Shown here: positions 63,687 to 64,000 of the stretch, one piece after another
Position numbering within the stretch: position 1 is the first letter of the stretch
How the letters are laid out: every line of letters starts with the position of its first letter
NCBI GenBank assembly: GCA_951406725.2
Contig: OX597825.1
Span: forward strand, 33,356,001-33,420,000
DNA from: Octopus vulgaris
Taxonomy: Eukaryota
Direction of reading: 5' to 3'
DNA: 64,000 nucleotides
Program-made: the position numbers and the translations under genes
The notes under the pieces: model-generated
What the model saw: only the letters and a program-made list of their open reading frames with translations
Told to the model about the DNA's origin: nothing
Databases searched by the model: none

Positions 63687-63734
<48 letters not shown>

Positions 63735-64000
63735 TGAGAGAGAGAGAGAAAGAAAGAGACAGACAGACAGACAAACAGACAGATAGACAGACAGACCAAT
63801 AGATATATAGATATAGTATTATAGATATTTCTTTCAATTGTAAATAGCAAGGTATGTTATTGATTTGATAAGGATTTGTTGATGAGTTGATGAATCACAT
63901 TTTTTTCAGTGTGTGCTGGGTGTATGTGTGTTTCCATGTTTGTAAGGTTGTAAATAAATGTTTTTTTGTTTATGAAAAAGGGTTTTTATGAATGTGATAT

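Overview
AT-rich, repeat-saturated eukaryotic DNA, almost certainly from an Octopus (coleoid cephalopod) genome, judged from the SINE families, RTE and Dong/R4 LINEs and dense (TA)n/(CA)n/(TAA)n/(CAT)n microsatellites. I cannot recognise any intact host protein-coding gene. Nearly all ORFs in the track are microsatellite read-throughs or decayed transposon fragments, so the window is most likely intronic or intergenic. Identifiable content: a 5'-truncated Gypsy element (RT-RNaseH-IN, PPT, 206-bp LTR), a complete miniature LTR element with a 5-bp TSD (31216-31699), several mariner/Tc1 relics, Dong/R4 and RTE LINE fragments, Helitron/Helentron-type and hAT/piggyBac-type MITEs, and many tRNA-derived SINEs. 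The most notable signal is a set of at least seven small non-coding elements, mostly in or near (TA)n/(CA)n tracts and often fold-back in structure, that carry minimal type-I hammerhead ribozyme motifs of the Penelope-like-element type, including U3-A8 core variants and a head-to-head double hammerhead. Other observations are a 69-bp templated insertion apparently copied from 29 kb away, an old inverted duplication, a degenerate 290-370 bp tandem array ending in a fold-back, and a few weak candidate exons. All alignments and folds were done by eye.
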